64,000 nt of DNA from Octopus sinensis (taxonomy: Eukaryota). Location of the stretch: NCBI RefSeq assembly GCF_006345805.1, contig NC_043026.1, positions 11,346,001 to 11,410,000 on the forward strand, read 5' to 3'. The notes beneath the pieces are model-generated. The model ran no database searches and was not told the DNA's origin. It worked only from the letters and a program-made list of their open reading frames with translations. Both the position numbers and the translations under genes were made by a program. This document shows positions 11,975 through 24,799 of the stretch, piece by piece. Positions within the stretch are counted from its first letter, which is position 1. Each line of letters begins with the position of its first letter.

Positions 11975-12505
11975 CTCTTTTACTTGTTTCAGTCATTTGA
12001 CTGCGGCCATGCTGGAGCACCGCCTTTAATCGAACAACTCGACCCCAGGACTTATTCTTTGTAAGCCCAGTACTTATTCTATCGGTCTCTTTTTGCCGAA
12101 CTGCTAAGTGACGGGGACATAAAAACACCAGCATCGGTTGTCAAGCAATGCTAGGGGGACAGACACAGACACACATACATATATATATATATATACGACA
12201 GGCTTCTTTCAGTTTCCGTCTACCAAATCCACTCTATAGTAGAAGACACTTGCCCAAGGTGCCACGCAGTGGGACTGAACCCGGATCCATGTGGTTGGTA
12301 AGCAAGCTACTTACCACACAGCCATATATATATATATATATACGACGGGCTTCTTTTCAGTTTCCGTCTACCAAATCCACTCACAAGGCATTGGTCGGCC
12401 CGAGGCTATAGCAGAAGACACTTGCCCAAGATGCCACGCAGTGGGACTGAACCCGGAACCATGTGGTTGGTAAGCAAGCTACTTACCACACAGCCACTCC
12501 TGCGA
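11975..12505 (-). mobile_element. SINE family A with duplicated head
   Basis: Head segment present twice. Confidence 0.8.
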
Positions 12506-12653
12506 CATATATAAAATGAAGAACAAAAAGAAGTTAAGTAAAATAACTCAGGGTAAACATTTGCAGGAATCTACACAATAAAGTTTATATGAAATATTGT
12601 ACAATATAAATTCACCATTTATTGAAACCTGAATTTTTACATTGATACAATTA

Positions 12654-13748
12654 CTATTGTATATGAATACTTGCATGTTTTTTTAAGTGAATCCTTTGAG
12701 GGAATGTGTCGCCACAGATATAACACTGGTATGGTTTCTCTCCTGTATGAATACGTACGTGTATAGTTAACTCACTTGTTCTAGAGAAAGATTTACCACA
12801 GGTAACACACTGATATGGTTTCTCTCCTGTATGAGTAAATATGTGTGAAGTTAGGTGACCGTTTCGAGAGAATGATTTACCACAGATATCACAGGAATAT
12901 GGTTTCTTTCGTGTGTGGCTTTGCTTGTGTTCAGCCAAACAATCACTTTGAGAGAATGATTTACCACAGACATCACAGAGATATGGCTTCCCCATATGAA
13001 TTTGTTTGTGTTCACCTAAGCGATCTTTTCGAGAGAATGATTTACCACAGATATCACACTTATACGGTCTCTCTCCCGTGTGAACCCGTACGTGTACAGT
13101 TAAGTCACCACTCTGGGAGAACAATTTACCACAGATGTCACAGTGATATGGTTTCTCTCCTGTGTGAATCCGTTTGTGCATAGCCAAGTTGCTTATCTGA
13201 GAAAAGGATTTACCACAGATTTCACACTCATATGGCTTCTCTCCTGTATGACTTCGCATGTGTATCGTTAAATTAATGTTTCGAGAGAACTTTTTACCAC
13301 AGATGTCACACTGGTATGGTTTCTCTCCCGTGTGAGTATGCTCATGACTAGTTAAACCACAACCTTCAGAGAATGGCTTATCACAGATACCACAGGGATT
13401 TAGCTTCCTTCTTGTATGAATTTGCTTGTGTCTAGTTAAACCAGAACCTTGAGTGAATGATTTGCCACAGACATCACACTGATATGGTTTCTCTCCTGTG
13501 TGAATACGTTTATGATTAATCAAAATACTACATCTAGTGAATGAATCACCACAGATATCACACTGATAGGGTTTCTCTCCCGTATGGGTACGTGTGTGTA
13601 TTGTTAAGTAATGACTTTTTAAGAATGATTTCCCACAAACATCACAGTTGTATGATGTTTTCCCTTTCTTTTTATTCATGTCACTAGGGAAATCAATACT
13701 TTTAACTGTCTTAAGTTGAGACTTGTTCACACACAATTCATTTTCCAT
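12654..13748 (-). CDS. C2H2 zinc-finger protein (ZNF2), 364 aa, 12 fingers
   Basis: MENELC N-terminus shared with paralogs. TGEKPY linkers. AATAAA at 12618-12623 (-). Confidence 0.92.
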   Translation of the reverse strand: MENELCVNKSQLKTVKSIDFPSDMNKKKGKTSYNCDVCGKSFLKSHYLTIHTRTHTGEKPYQCDICGDSFTRCSILINHKRIHTGEKPYQCDVCGKSFTQGSGLTRHKQIHTRRKLNPCGICDKPFSEGCGLTSHEHTHTGEKPYQCDICGKKFSRNINLTIHMRSHTGEKPYECEICGKSFSQISNLAMHKRIHTGEKPYHCDICGKLFSQSGDLTVHVRVHTGERPYKCDICGKSFSRKDRLGEHKQIHMGKPYLCDVCGKSFSQSDCLAEHKQSHTRKKPYSCDICGKSFSRNGHLTSHIFTHTGEKPYQCVTCGKSFSRTSELTIHVRIHTGEKPYQCYICGDTFPQRIHLKKHASIHIQ

Positions 13749-14289
13749 TGTTCTTTTTTTGTTATCACAACAACATAGAGATGTTTATCTTCTTCACATT
13801 TATTTATGTTATTCCTATTAACTACTTCTACTACCGTGATCTTTGTCAATATCTGATGTGGGTGTTAAACTTTTTTTAAGTCTGTCCAAGTTTAAGTCAA
13901 ATGCAAAGTCATCTTGTTCACATTCCAGACAACTAAGTAAAGAATTAATACTATCGATCTTAATCCAGAGAAAAAATATTATCAATTTGCCACAGAACGA
14001 TATGTAAGTTCAGCAAAACTTTTTCTTTGAGTCTTTAAAAGATAAACATTGATGACGTATCTGATGTACACAATTCTTTGATGCAAATGTCACTGGTTAT
14101 TCTGAAATAGAAGAGAAACAACAGTGTAAGATACAGAAGATACTTAAAATACAACAGAATAAATTTTAGAATATTTCTTATAGAGATAAGTTGAAGAAAT
14201 AAACATTTACCTGAACAATTGAACTGGTCACCTCTATTTCTAAGATGTGTATTATAACAGTGTAGATGAATAAATATGTGCTGTGTTTG

Positions 14290-14912
14290 AGAAGACCTGA
14301 CAAGCCAAGTGAGACCATAGCCCATGGGTGTAACCAGCCCACTTATGATTACCCCTCATTCATTGGACAATAAACTTGCTTGTGAAGACCTATTGAGGCA
14401 GGTGAAATCAAAATCACTGATGTGACCGATGACAGTACCGACTGACTGGCATTTATGCCAGTGGAACTTTAAAAGCACATCTGAGCATAATCATTGCTAG
14501 GGCCACGGATTGGCTCCCATGCCGGTGGCACGTAAAAAGTACCATTCGAGCATGATCATTGCCAGCGTTGCCTTACTGGCACATGTGCCAGTGACACGCG
14601 AAAATCAACATTCGAAAGTGGTCGTTACCAGTGCCACCAGACCGGCTCCCGTGCAGGTAACATGTAAAATACACCTTTTGAGCATAGCCATTGCTAGAAC
14701 TGCCTCACTGGCCCTCATGTCAGTGGCACATAAAAGTACCCACTACACTCTCAGAGTGGTTGGTGCTAGGATGGGCATCTAGCTGTAGAAACTTTGCTAG
14801 ATCAGATTGAGCCTGGTGCAGCCTTCTGGCTCACCAGTCCTCAGTCAAACCGTCAAACCTATGCCAGCATGGAAAGCAGACATTAAACGATGACGACGAC
14901 GACGATGATGAT
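14290..14912 (+). mobile_element. Family D repeat
   Basis: Homologous to 930-1505. (GAC/GAT)n tail. Confidence 0.7.
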
Positions 14913-15098
14913 GTAGTATAGGTGTGGAGGCATTGTTAAGAATCTTGCTTTCTAACCATGTAGTTTCAGGTTCAATTCCACTCTGTGGCAACTTGGGCAA
15001 GTGTCTTCTACTAAAGCCCCATCTCAACCAAAGCCTTGCGAAGCTATATGATAGATGGTGTCTGAGTGAATGCTTGTAATGTGTGTGTGTGTTTGTAT

Positions 15099-15124
<26 letters not shown>

Positions 15125-15131
<7 letters not shown>

Positions 15132-15480
15132 CATTGTGTACAGTGCTCAGGTGCACTACAACTCATCTAAAGTGTATATATAATCAGGTGTAGTTTCGGC
15201 GGATTTCGGAAAGCATGAGGGCCTTAAAAGATGCAGTGTCATGGCAGTCAACAACTGACGCAGGCAGTTTATTCCATGCTTCAGCAACTCTGAGCGTGAA
15301 GAAATGTTTCCGAAAGTCATGGGAGCTGTGCTGCTTTCTGACTTTGTAGGCATGTCCACGTGTGTTGGACACATGGAGATCAAAAAGGTGTTCAGTGTTG
15401 TTGTTGGTGAGGTGGTTGATAACCTTGTGGGTGTTTACCAAGTCCGTCGCCAAACTCTTCCATCGTTACACCATAGATGT
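15125..15480 (-). mobile_element. CR1/L2-like LINE 3' fragment
   Basis: Encodes YKVRKQHSSHDFRKHFFTLRVAEAWNKLPASVV, the FF-RV--WN-LP motif of the RT C-terminus. (ATT)n-type tail. Confidence 0.75.
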
Positions 15481-15735
15481 TGGTTCTGCAATTTCCTGCT
15501 GAACAACCTACACAGACGCATTGTATATAGTAATCAAATATTTGTGTTCACATGAGATCACTCCCCCCAACAAATCGACATTGCGTCTACAGATGCATAT
15601 AAGCGTGCCCATGCATCAGAGCAATGAGAAATGAAGTGTTTTGCACGAGACTACAACACACTACCCGGCCTGGGAATCGAAACCATGGCATCACGATTGT
15701 GAGTCCAAGACCCTAACGATTAAGTCATGCACTTA

Positions 15736-15948
15736 CTATTTCTTTACTACCCACAGGGGGCTAAACACAGAGGGGACAAACGGATTAAGTCGATTATATC
15801 GACCCCAGTGCGTAACTGGTACTTATTTAATCGACCCCGAAAGGATGAAAGGCAAAGTCGACCTCGGCGGAATTTGAACTCAGAACGTAACGGCAGACGA
15901 AATACTACTAAGCATTTCGCCCGGCGTGCTAACGTTTCTACCAGCTCG
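15736..15948 (-). mobile_element. SINE family B
   Basis: Matches 16328-16548. Confidence 0.8.
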
Positions 15949-16327
15949 ACGTATGTGTGTGTGTGTGTGTAATCAATTAAAAGAATTCAGGGAAGTTGCC
16001 CTGCGAAGTGGAAAAATCCAATGTCTAAGCTGACACTACACACTATATTTATCAACTGCGAAATTACCTGGTGGAGTTACCTGTGTTAATAACGAGACAG
16101 CAGTCGATAGACTTTCAAACAAAGGTAAAGAATACGCACACCCGGTGTCTAGGGTTAGGGTTACTCCGAAAATGGGTGGTGTGCATATTCTTTACCTCCG
16201 CCGACTTTTCTTCAACGCAATATCAATACAGGGACTCACGTATTTAAATTCAACATAGCAGTTAAGCATCCCTTGCAGACAGTTTATTCCGGCCAGTATA
16301 GTATGTTAAAGGTATTTGGCTTTGAAC

Positions 16328-16548
16328 GGTGGCGAGCTGGCAGAATCGTTAGCAGGTCGGGCGAAATGCTTTGCGGTATTTCGTCTGCCGTTACGTTGTG
16401 GGTTCAAATTCCGCCGAGGTCGACTTTGCCTTTCGTCCTTTCGGGGTCGATAAATTAAGTACCAGTTACGCACTGGAGTCGATGTAATCGACTTAATACC
16501 TATGTCTGTCCCCTCTATGTTTAGCCCCTTATGGGTAATAAAGAAATA
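16328..16548 (+). mobile_element. Full-length SINE family B with 17-bp TSD
   Basis: TSD GGTATTTGGCTTTGAAC at 16311-16327 and 16549-16565. A box TGGCAGAATCG, B box GGTTCAAATTCC. Tail ...CCCCTTATGGGTAATAAAGAAATA. Confidence 0.9.
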
Positions 16549-16952
16549 GGTATTTGGCTTTGAACAATCATGGGAGATTGCTAGTGTTGATCGACTTAAG
16601 GAGGCTTTCGTCGGGTCTATTCCTCTGCTACCATACTCCAGTCCTCTTCTGTCACACATAAACAACGCATTATTTATGAATAGGATGACCAAAAGTGCAA
16701 AAAAAAACCCATTAACCATTTTAAAGTCCCTCGAAAAATAAAACTGCAAAACTTTGCCCTTCCTATGAATTTTCCCGTGTTTCATGAACATTTTTCCCCC
16801 ACGATTTTTCATATAGATAGATTGCCCTTCAATTACTGCCTCTTTGGAGATTCATATCTTCTAAACATTCAAATGTTTCAGAGAAATATACAGTGTTGAA
16901 AATAACCATGGAATTCCCACAGGTACTGCCAGTCTGTATTGTTACATCTTAC

Positions 16953-17100
16953 CTGTTATACTGCATAAATCTGTGATTGTAGTGAAATACCTTGAAGCAG
17001 ATCTTATTCCCGACAGAATTTAAGCAAGAAGTAAATTGCTAACAATAGAAATTACAAAAATCGGCTCGGAAACACAAACGGCGAACAAGCACCAAGAAAA
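16953..17100 (-). promoter_or_regulatory. Predicted promoter and non-coding exon 1 of ZNF2
   Basis: Paralog-conserved block ending in ACAG|GTAAGA at 16953/16952. Confidence 0.6.
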
Positions 17101-17902
17101 ATATAAATGTATTATTTGTAAAAGATTAATCAAGAAGTATATATATATATATATATATAGGATTTGATTTGAAAACCCCACTGGAATGGGAGAAAGCGCT
17201 AATAATCTGAATGATATGATATATATATATGTAAAAAATGTAATATATAAATAAATATCTATAAACATGAACCATCCGATCTTCTGATTACCTCATTTCT
17301 TCTAATATATAATACCTGTACATCATCTCCAAACCTTCCAATATATATATATATATAAAAAACACTCGCTATTAAATGTACTCGATGTTTTTTAAAATCT
17401 TACTTAAAATACTAAAACAAAGGGATTCTATGAATTTCTCTATCTGCGATGTCCGACAGACTTGTAACAGTGTTGGATTCTAAATATTTTTCTGGAAAAT
17501 AATGAAGTATCGATCGAACTTTAAAAGTGTTCAAAGAACAAATGAAGAATCATTCCCACTTTAAATGTGTTTCTCAAAAGTAAGTACTACAAATGGAAAA
17601 AGGACATTGGGTGACAATATCCCGAGGTTTTTAGTCCGTTTCGTTTTCTCCATACCGCTTGTTTTACCTAGTGAAATTGAAGTGAAACAAGGAAAGAAAA
17701 TGGTTTATGTAATGTTATATGTTTCAAATATCCCCTTAGAACAATAAATTATCAGAAGTAAAAATAAACAGCATGAAATGTATAGATTCACCTCAATAAT
17801 CAAAGATTGGGAATGAAAGACTCGAACGATAAATTCAGCTGGATCCGTGACTCGTCAGCGAACCATTCCTGAGACGTTTGCGGTGTCTGTGCCTTTAACA
17901 GC

Positions 17903-18319
17903 GATCTTTTCGGTTTGAACTGCAGTTTTTAAAAATAATTTCCACGTAACTAAACACTTTTAAACTTCGTATACTTGTAGAATGTGTTACATAAAACAGC
18001 TTTTTCTCTTGGCTTTATTGAGAAAATTCTATAGCTTGTAAGATATTTGTTGGGTTATTTTCTCTTCAATTTCTGCAATTTCAACCAATCTATGACGTCT
18101 ATTGAGGTGAAAACATTCTGTGCCGTGTGAATATGTCCCTCGTTTAAGAAACAGATTGGGTTTATTTACATTTGTGAAGAAAAAAAGATACCCTTCCCCC
18201 CACCCCTAACCCTAAAACAGATTGAAATGCAATAGATCGATACTAGGGTCATACTTATGGGTGACAATTTCATATGACACCACTAGAAAAAAACTGCCAT
18301 TCAAACTGAAAAGATCCAC
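17903..18319. mobile_element. MITE with GATCTTTTC-GTTTGAA TIRs
   Basis: GATCTTTTCGGTTTGAA ... TTCAAACTGAAAAGATCC. A related decayed copy at about 38655-39217 hosts a nested MITE. Confidence 0.6.
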
Positions 18320-18407
18320 ATTTTAAAAAAATTATGACAAATTGTTTTTCATTTTGGCATTTTATTTATACTAAAAAAATCTTTTTACTTTTTATCTTTC
18401 TTCTTCT

Positions 18408-18805
18408 TTTACTTGTTTCAGTCATTTGACAGCGGCCATGCTGGAGCACCGCCTTTAGTCGAGCAAATCGACCCCGGGACTTATTCTTTGTAAGCCCAGT
18501 ACTTATTCTATCGGTCTCTTTTGCCGAACCGCTAAGTGACGGGGACGTAAACACACCAGCATCGGTTGTCAAGCAATGCTAGGGGGACAAACACAGACAC
18601 ACAAACATATACACACACACTTATATATATATACATATATACGACAGGCTTCTTTCAGTTTCCGTCTACCAAATCCACTCACAAGGCATTGGTCGGCCCG
18701 GGGCTATAGCAGAAGACACTTGCCCAAGATGCCACGCAGTGGGACTGAACCCGGAGCCATGTGGTTGGTTAGCAAGCTACTTACCACACAGCCACTCCTG
18801 CGCCT
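18408..18805 (-). mobile_element. SINE family A (tRNA-like head GGCGCAGGAGTGGCTGTGTGG, internal microsatellite, GTAAAAG tail)
   Basis: More than 12 near-identical copies in the window. Confidence 0.9.
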
Positions 18806-19315
18806 TCTTACTGCGTCTTTTCTCTATCTTTCTCCTCCTGACCATCACGTCTGGATGTGGCAAGGAAGGCACCAAGCTTCATCACAAGAGTCTACATGAC
18901 AAAATCCAAAACATCACCAAGTTGGCTACTAGACGCTTAGTTTGTCGTTCTGTTGTTGAACTTCATCATCATCATCATCACCATTTAACGTCCGTTTTTC
19001 ATGCTGGCATGGGTTGGATGGTTCGACCGGGGTCTGGGAAGCCAGGAGGCTGCACCAGGCTCCAGTCTGATCTGGCAGTGTTTCTACAGCTGGATGCCCT
19101 TCCTAACGCCAACCACTCCGTGAGTGTAGTGGGTGTTTTTTCTGTGCCACCGGCACAGGTGCCAGGGGAGGCTGGCAGCAGCCACGATCGGTTGGTGCTT
19201 TTTACGTGCCACCAGCACAGAAGCCAGTCAAGGCGGCACTGGGGAAATTTGTACCGTGCTCAAAATGTTTCTCAAGAATATGAATGTGATCAGATCTTTT
19301 TTGCCTTAAACTTAG

Positions 19316-19479
19316 GAGTGGCTGTGTGGTAAGTAGCTTGCTAACCAACCACATGGTTCCGGATTCAGTCCCACTGCGTGGCATCTTGGGCAAGTGTCTT
19401 CTGCTATAGCCCCGGGCCGACCAATGCCTTGTGAGTGGATTTGGTAGACGGAAACTGAAAGAAGCCTGTCGTATATATG

Positions 19480-19510
<31 letters not shown>

Positions 19511-19712
19511 CTGTATTTGTCTCCCCAACATTGCTTGACAACCGATGCTGGTGTGTTTACGTCCCTGTCACTTAGCGGTTCGGCAAAAGAGACCGATAGA
19601 ATAAGTACTGGGCTTACAAAGAATAAGTCCCGGGGTCGATTTGCTCGACTAAAAAGACGGTGCTCCAGCATGGCCGCAGTCAAATGACTGAAACAAGTAA
19701 AAGAGTAAAAGA
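19316..19712 (+). mobile_element. SINE family A
   Basis: Near-identical to 18408-18805 in the opposite orientation. Confidence 0.9.
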
Positions 19713-20565
19713 GTATATATATATATATATACATACATACATATGACAAATGCCATGGGACAAGGTGGTGCAGCATGGTCTTTGAATGTTGGGCCTCACA
19801 CAGGCAATGACAAGTAACAAGACCTTTGATGATATGCTGTGCTTGAGGAGACCTGTCAAGCCATGTGAGACCATAGTTGTGGCTGATGCTGGTGGCACAT
19901 AAAGAGCACCGATTACACTCTTGGCATGGCTGGTTTTAGGATGGGCATTCAGCTGTAGAAACCATGCCAAATCAGACTGGAACATAGTGCGGCTCTCCAG
20001 CTTACCACTTTTTGTCAAACTGTCTAACTCATGGCGGTATGGAAAACAGACACTATATGGTGATGATGGACCAAGAAAATAACTCAGAGTGGACAGTAGC
20101 ATTAATTTAGACAATAAAGTACTGGGCAATAAAGACAAGTAAGTACTGATGTGATCGATGACAGTACCGACTGATTGGCACATCTGAGTGTGATCGTTGC
20201 TAGGGCACACATTACAGGCATTCACTCAGGAACCATCTATCAAATAGCTTCACAAGGTTTTGGTTGAGATGGTGCTTTAGTAGAAGACACTCAAGTTGCC
20301 ACAGAGTGGAATTGAACCTGAAACTACATGGTTAGAAAGCAAGATTCTTAACAAGGCATCCACACCTAAACTACATCATCGTCGTCGTCGTCGTTTAACG
20401 TCCGCTTTCCATGCTGGCATAGGTTTGACGGTTTGACTGTGCATAATAATTTGACGGTTTGTAAGTACTAGACAATAAAGACAAAGTTGTATTAAATGCC
20501 ATACAAGAGAAATTAATCGTTTATTGGAATCATCATTGACAACCAGAATTTTGATATTGATAGAG

Positions 20566-21261
20566 TTACAGTCGTACGTGAATACCTACATGTTTTGTTA
20601 AGTGAGTCCTTTGAGAGAATGATTTGTCACAGATATCACACCGATATGGTTTCTCTCCAGTATGAACACGTTTGTGTGTAGTTAATTGATTTTTTTGTGA
20701 GAATGATTTACCACAGATATCACAGTTATATGGTTTTTCTCCTGTGTGAATACGTTTGTGTATAGCTATGTTAGTTCCATGAGAAAACGATTTACCACAG
20801 ATATCACAGTGATATGGTTTTTCTCCTGTATGAATACGTTTGTGTATAGCTATGTTAGTTACATGAGAGAATGATTTACCACAGATATCACAATGATATG
20901 GCTTATCTCCTGTATGAATCCGCTTGTGTGAATTTAAGTGAGAATTTCGAGAGAATAATTTGCCACAGATAACACACTGATATGGTTTCTCTCCTGTGTG
21001 GACACGTTTGTGTATAGTTAAATTACTACATCGAGCGAATGATTTACCACAGATGACACAATGATACGGCTTCTCTCCTGTATGAATACGTTTGTGTGCA
21101 GTCAAATGTTCTTTTAGAGCAAACAAGTTACCACAGATATCACAATGATAAGGTTTCTCTCCTGTATGAATATGCTTGTGTTCAGCTAAGCATCTCTTCC
21201 GAGAGAATGATTTACCACAGATATCACAGTGATATGTAGTTTTCCCCTTCTCTTTATTCAT
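20566..21261 (-). CDS. C2H2 zinc-finger protein (ZNF3), 8 fingers; ancestral start interrupted by TAA
   Basis: 231-aa ORF from the internal ATG at 21261. The upstream in-frame ATG (21333) is followed by TAA at 21322-21324. AATAAA at 20520-20525 (-). Confidence 0.75.
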   Translation of the reverse strand: MNKEKGKTTYHCDICGKSFSRKRCLAEHKHIHTGEKPYHCDICGNLFALKEHLTAHKRIHTGEKPYHCVICGKSFARCSNLTIHKRVHTGEKPYQCVICGKLFSRNSHLNSHKRIHTGDKPYHCDICGKSFSHVTNIAIHKRIHTGEKPYHCDICGKSFSHGTNIAIHKRIHTGEKPYNCDICGKSFSQKNQLTTHKRVHTGEKPYRCDICDKSFSQRTHLTKHVGIHVRL

Positions 21262-21399
21262 GTCATTAGGAAAATCAATACTTTTACACCTTCCTTTAAA
21301 TTTAAACTTATTCTCACAAAATTAATTTTCCATCATTTTCATTTCCTCACCACAATTTCGAGATGTTTATCTTCTTGTCAGTGATATTTTATTTCATTT

Positions 21400-21730
21400 T
21401 TCATCATCATCATCATTTAGTGTCCGTTCTCCATGCTGGCATGGGTTGGACGGTTCAACTAGGGTCTGTGAAGCCAGAAGGCTGCACCAGACTCCAGTCT
21501 GATCTGGCAGTGTTTCTACGGCTGGATGCCCTTCCTAACGCCAACCACTCCGCGAGTGTAGTGGGTGCTTTTTACGTGCCACCTGCACAGGTGCCAGACG
21601 GTGCTGGCAAACGGCCACGAACGGATGGTGCTTTTACGTGCCACCGGCACGGGGGCCAGGCAAGGCTGGCAACGGACACAAACGGATGGTGCTTTTACGT
21701 GCCACCGGCACGGAGGCCAGTTGGGGCAGT
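21400..21730 (-). mobile_element. Family D repeat inserted in the predicted 5' UTR of ZNF3
   Basis: Interrupts the 5'-UTR sequence that is continuous in ZNF2 (about 13750-13900). Confidence 0.7.
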
Positions 21731-22682
21731 GCTAATAAATATTTATACTATTGTGATCTTTGTTGATATATTATGTGGGTTGCAAACTCCTTTTTAAAAC
21801 TGTTCAATAGTATTTTGAATGAAAATCCTGCTTGTATACATTCAAGACACTCAAGAAAAGAATCATTGATACCAATCTCAGTTCAAAAAATGTATTTGCC
21901 AGTTGTTTGCCATGGATTTATATAAGGAGAGTTACATCTGTTCTGTACAACATTTTCCTTGACGATGTATCAGATTTTACAATTCTTTGATGCCAATGTT
22001 ACTTGTTATTCTGAAATAGGAGAGAAACAAGAATATAAGAATAGAAGGAATACTTAAAATACAAAAGTATAAATTTTAGTATATTTTTTACAGAGACAAG
22101 CTACAGAAATAAACATTTACCTGAACAAATAAAATGTATGCCTCTATTTTTAAGATGTATACTATAATAGTGTATATAAATAAATATATGTACAGTATAA
22201 ACACAGTGTACGGTGAAGAAGTTTGCTTTCTAACCATTTGGTCTTGGGTTCAATCCCACTGTGTGGCACCACCGCCATTGGTCTTCTACAGTAGCCCTGG
22301 GTTAACCAAAGCCTTGTGAGTGAATTTTCACACAGACCAATGTCTGTGTGAAAGCCTGTTGTATACTAGGTCTGATCAATAAGTATCCGGACTGTCGCCA
22401 TAGTAAGGAACCTAAAGCAGAGAGAGTGAAACCACTTGGCATAGATTGACCCTAAACTCTGCTGTGCATGCATACAAAGTTTTAACATTGTAGCTCACTT
22501 CTGCTGTTTACAGCAGTGCTTGATAGGAAAGTGTGTAGCATGTGATCGTTGCATTGACCATGACAGAGAAGCCAAGTACTTATTCTATTAGTCTCTTTTA
22601 CCAAACCACTACGTTACGGGGACACAAACAGACCAACATTGGTTGTCAAGTGATGGGAGGGGATACACATAAATATATACTC

Positions 22683-23069
22683 TTTACTCTGTTATTTGTT
22701 TCAGTCATTTGACTGCGGCCATGCTGGAGCACCGCCTTTAGTCGGGCAAATCAACCCCAGAACTTATTCTTTGTAAGCCTAGTACTTTTTCTATCGGTCT
22801 CTTTTGCCGAACCGCTAAGTTACGGGGACGTAAACACACCAGCATCGGTTGTCAAGCGATGTTGGTGGGACAAACACAGACACACACACATATATATACA
22901 TATATACGACAGGCTTCTTTCAGTTTCCGTCTACCAAATCCACTCACAAGGCTTTGGTCGGCCCGAGGCTATAGTAGAAAACACTTGCTCAAGGTGCCAT
23001 GCAGTGGGACTGAACCCGGAACCATGTGGTTGGTAAGCAAGCTACTTACCACACAGCCACTCCCGCGCC
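22683..23069 (-). mobile_element. SINE family A
   Basis: Consensus match. Confidence 0.9.
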
Positions 23070-23418
23070 TATATTCACATATATATGTTGGCCTTTTTTC
23101 AGTTTCTGCCTAGGAAATCCACCCACAAGGCTTCGGTTGGCCAGAGGCTATAGTACGTAGAAGACACTTACCTAGGGTGCCATGCAGTGGGACTGAACCC
23201 AGATCCAGTAGTTGCAAAGCAAGCTTCTGAACATACAGCCACGCCTGCACCTATATGTCACACTTGTGCCTACGGATGCATTTCCTATAACATTTTACGC
23301 AAACCTTCAGTGCACACAATTGCAGCGTGGAAGGTGTTTAAAAGCCATTTAAGAAACACACAAAAACCGTTAGATTCTCTTCAACATTTAAATTTAATTT
23401 GTCTGCAGCACGGAGTTT

Positions 23419-23844
23419 GGCAATCTTTCGTCTCTAGTAGACCTTTCCGTCGATTTCCGTAAAAAAATTTTTTTTTTTTACATATGGGCTTGCGGGAACT
23501 TTTGAAGTAATGAGAGCGAAAGAGACTAAGAGAAAGCGATTGTATGACGAGGGAAGTTCTTTTGAAGTTACCGTGCATGGGACACATTGATGGACATGTG
23601 TGTGTGTGTGTGTGTTTGATGGGGTGTGGGAGACAGACAGTATGTTGTGTAAGTGAAGTGCTTCTGTTAGTGTGTGTGAAGAGACAGAGTAATGTGTGAA
23701 AGAAAGAGATAACTGAAATTTTTTACTCGGTGTATGTGTATATGTATGTATATTACTTTAAAAGTTCCCGCAAGCCCATATGTAAAAAAAATAAATTTTT
23801 TTACGGAAATCGACGGAAAGGTCTACTAGAGACGAAAGATCGCC
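23419..23844 (+). mobile_element. MITE with ~90-bp TIRs
   Basis: TIR GGC(A/G)ATCTTTCGTCTCTAGTAGACCTTTCCGTC...GAAGTAAT. Second copy inverted at 38789-39206. Confidence 0.85.
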
Positions 23845-23955
23845 CTAACGGCTTTTGTGTAGAATAGAATATCAATGTCTGATTAGCAGCATCAAGACAT
23901 TTTACATTATTCACACCCAACTACTTTTACTCAAATATCTACTATCATAGCTTAC

Positions 23956-24110
23956 CTGTTATGCTACATTAATCAGGGTTTATAGTGAAATATATTGAAT
24001 TACACAAGAGAAAGGTTTGGTGGTTCCATAAGGCCTTTGAAGTCGAAGTAAACTTTCACGACGGAAATTATAAAAACCGACTTGGACACAGAAACGACGA
24101 AACGTATTAA
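23956..24110 (-). promoter_or_regulatory. Predicted promoter and non-coding exon 1 of ZNF3
   Basis: Paralog-conserved block with donor ACAG|GTAAGC at 23956/23955. Confidence 0.6.
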
Positions 24111-24696
24111 GATTCTGTTTCTAAGCCACGACCAAAATACATAGGTATTTTTTTTTTTTTTTGTGAAATCCAACTCAGAATAGGCAAAGAGTCATTGTTG
24201 AACGTATTGGAATTATTAAAATGTTATTTCAAATATAAACAAAAGTAGAATTCTGTAAATTTCCCGGTGACAGGCTTGCTACAGTGTCGGGACATACAAA
24301 ATGATTTCGTTCCGCATATGTTTCTAAAAATTGAAATATCGATCTTGATTTAAATGAGTTCAAAGAACGAACGAAGCTTTATTCCCAGTTTAGATGAGAA
24401 TCTAAAAAAAGTCATGACACAGGAGGTGAAGAACGAGGACCCCAGGTAGCAATGTCGAGGGATTTTTACGATTCTTCTGTTCTTTTGTTTCAGTCATTTG
24501 ACAGTGGCCATGCTGGAGCACAACCTCGAAGAGTTTTATTCGAATAAATCGACCCCAGGACTTATTTCTTCAGCCTAGTACTTATTCTATCGGTGTTTTT
24601 TGCTGACCCACTAGTTAACGGGGAGGTAAACACACCAAACACCGGTTGCCAAGCGGTGACGGGTGGGGAACACAAACGCACGCACGCGCACGCACG

Positions 24697-24733
<37 letters not shown>

Positions 24734-24799
24734 ACAGATATACATACATATATATATACATATATATATACATATATATATACATATATATATATATAT

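Noticed and set aside
12845-13183. Alternative-frame and antisense ORFs over ZNF and histone genes
   Set aside because: Shadows of repetitive coding sequence with no independent support.
17820-17880. Hammerhead at minus-strand CTGACGAGTC
   Set aside because: No matching stem II partner followed by GAAA.
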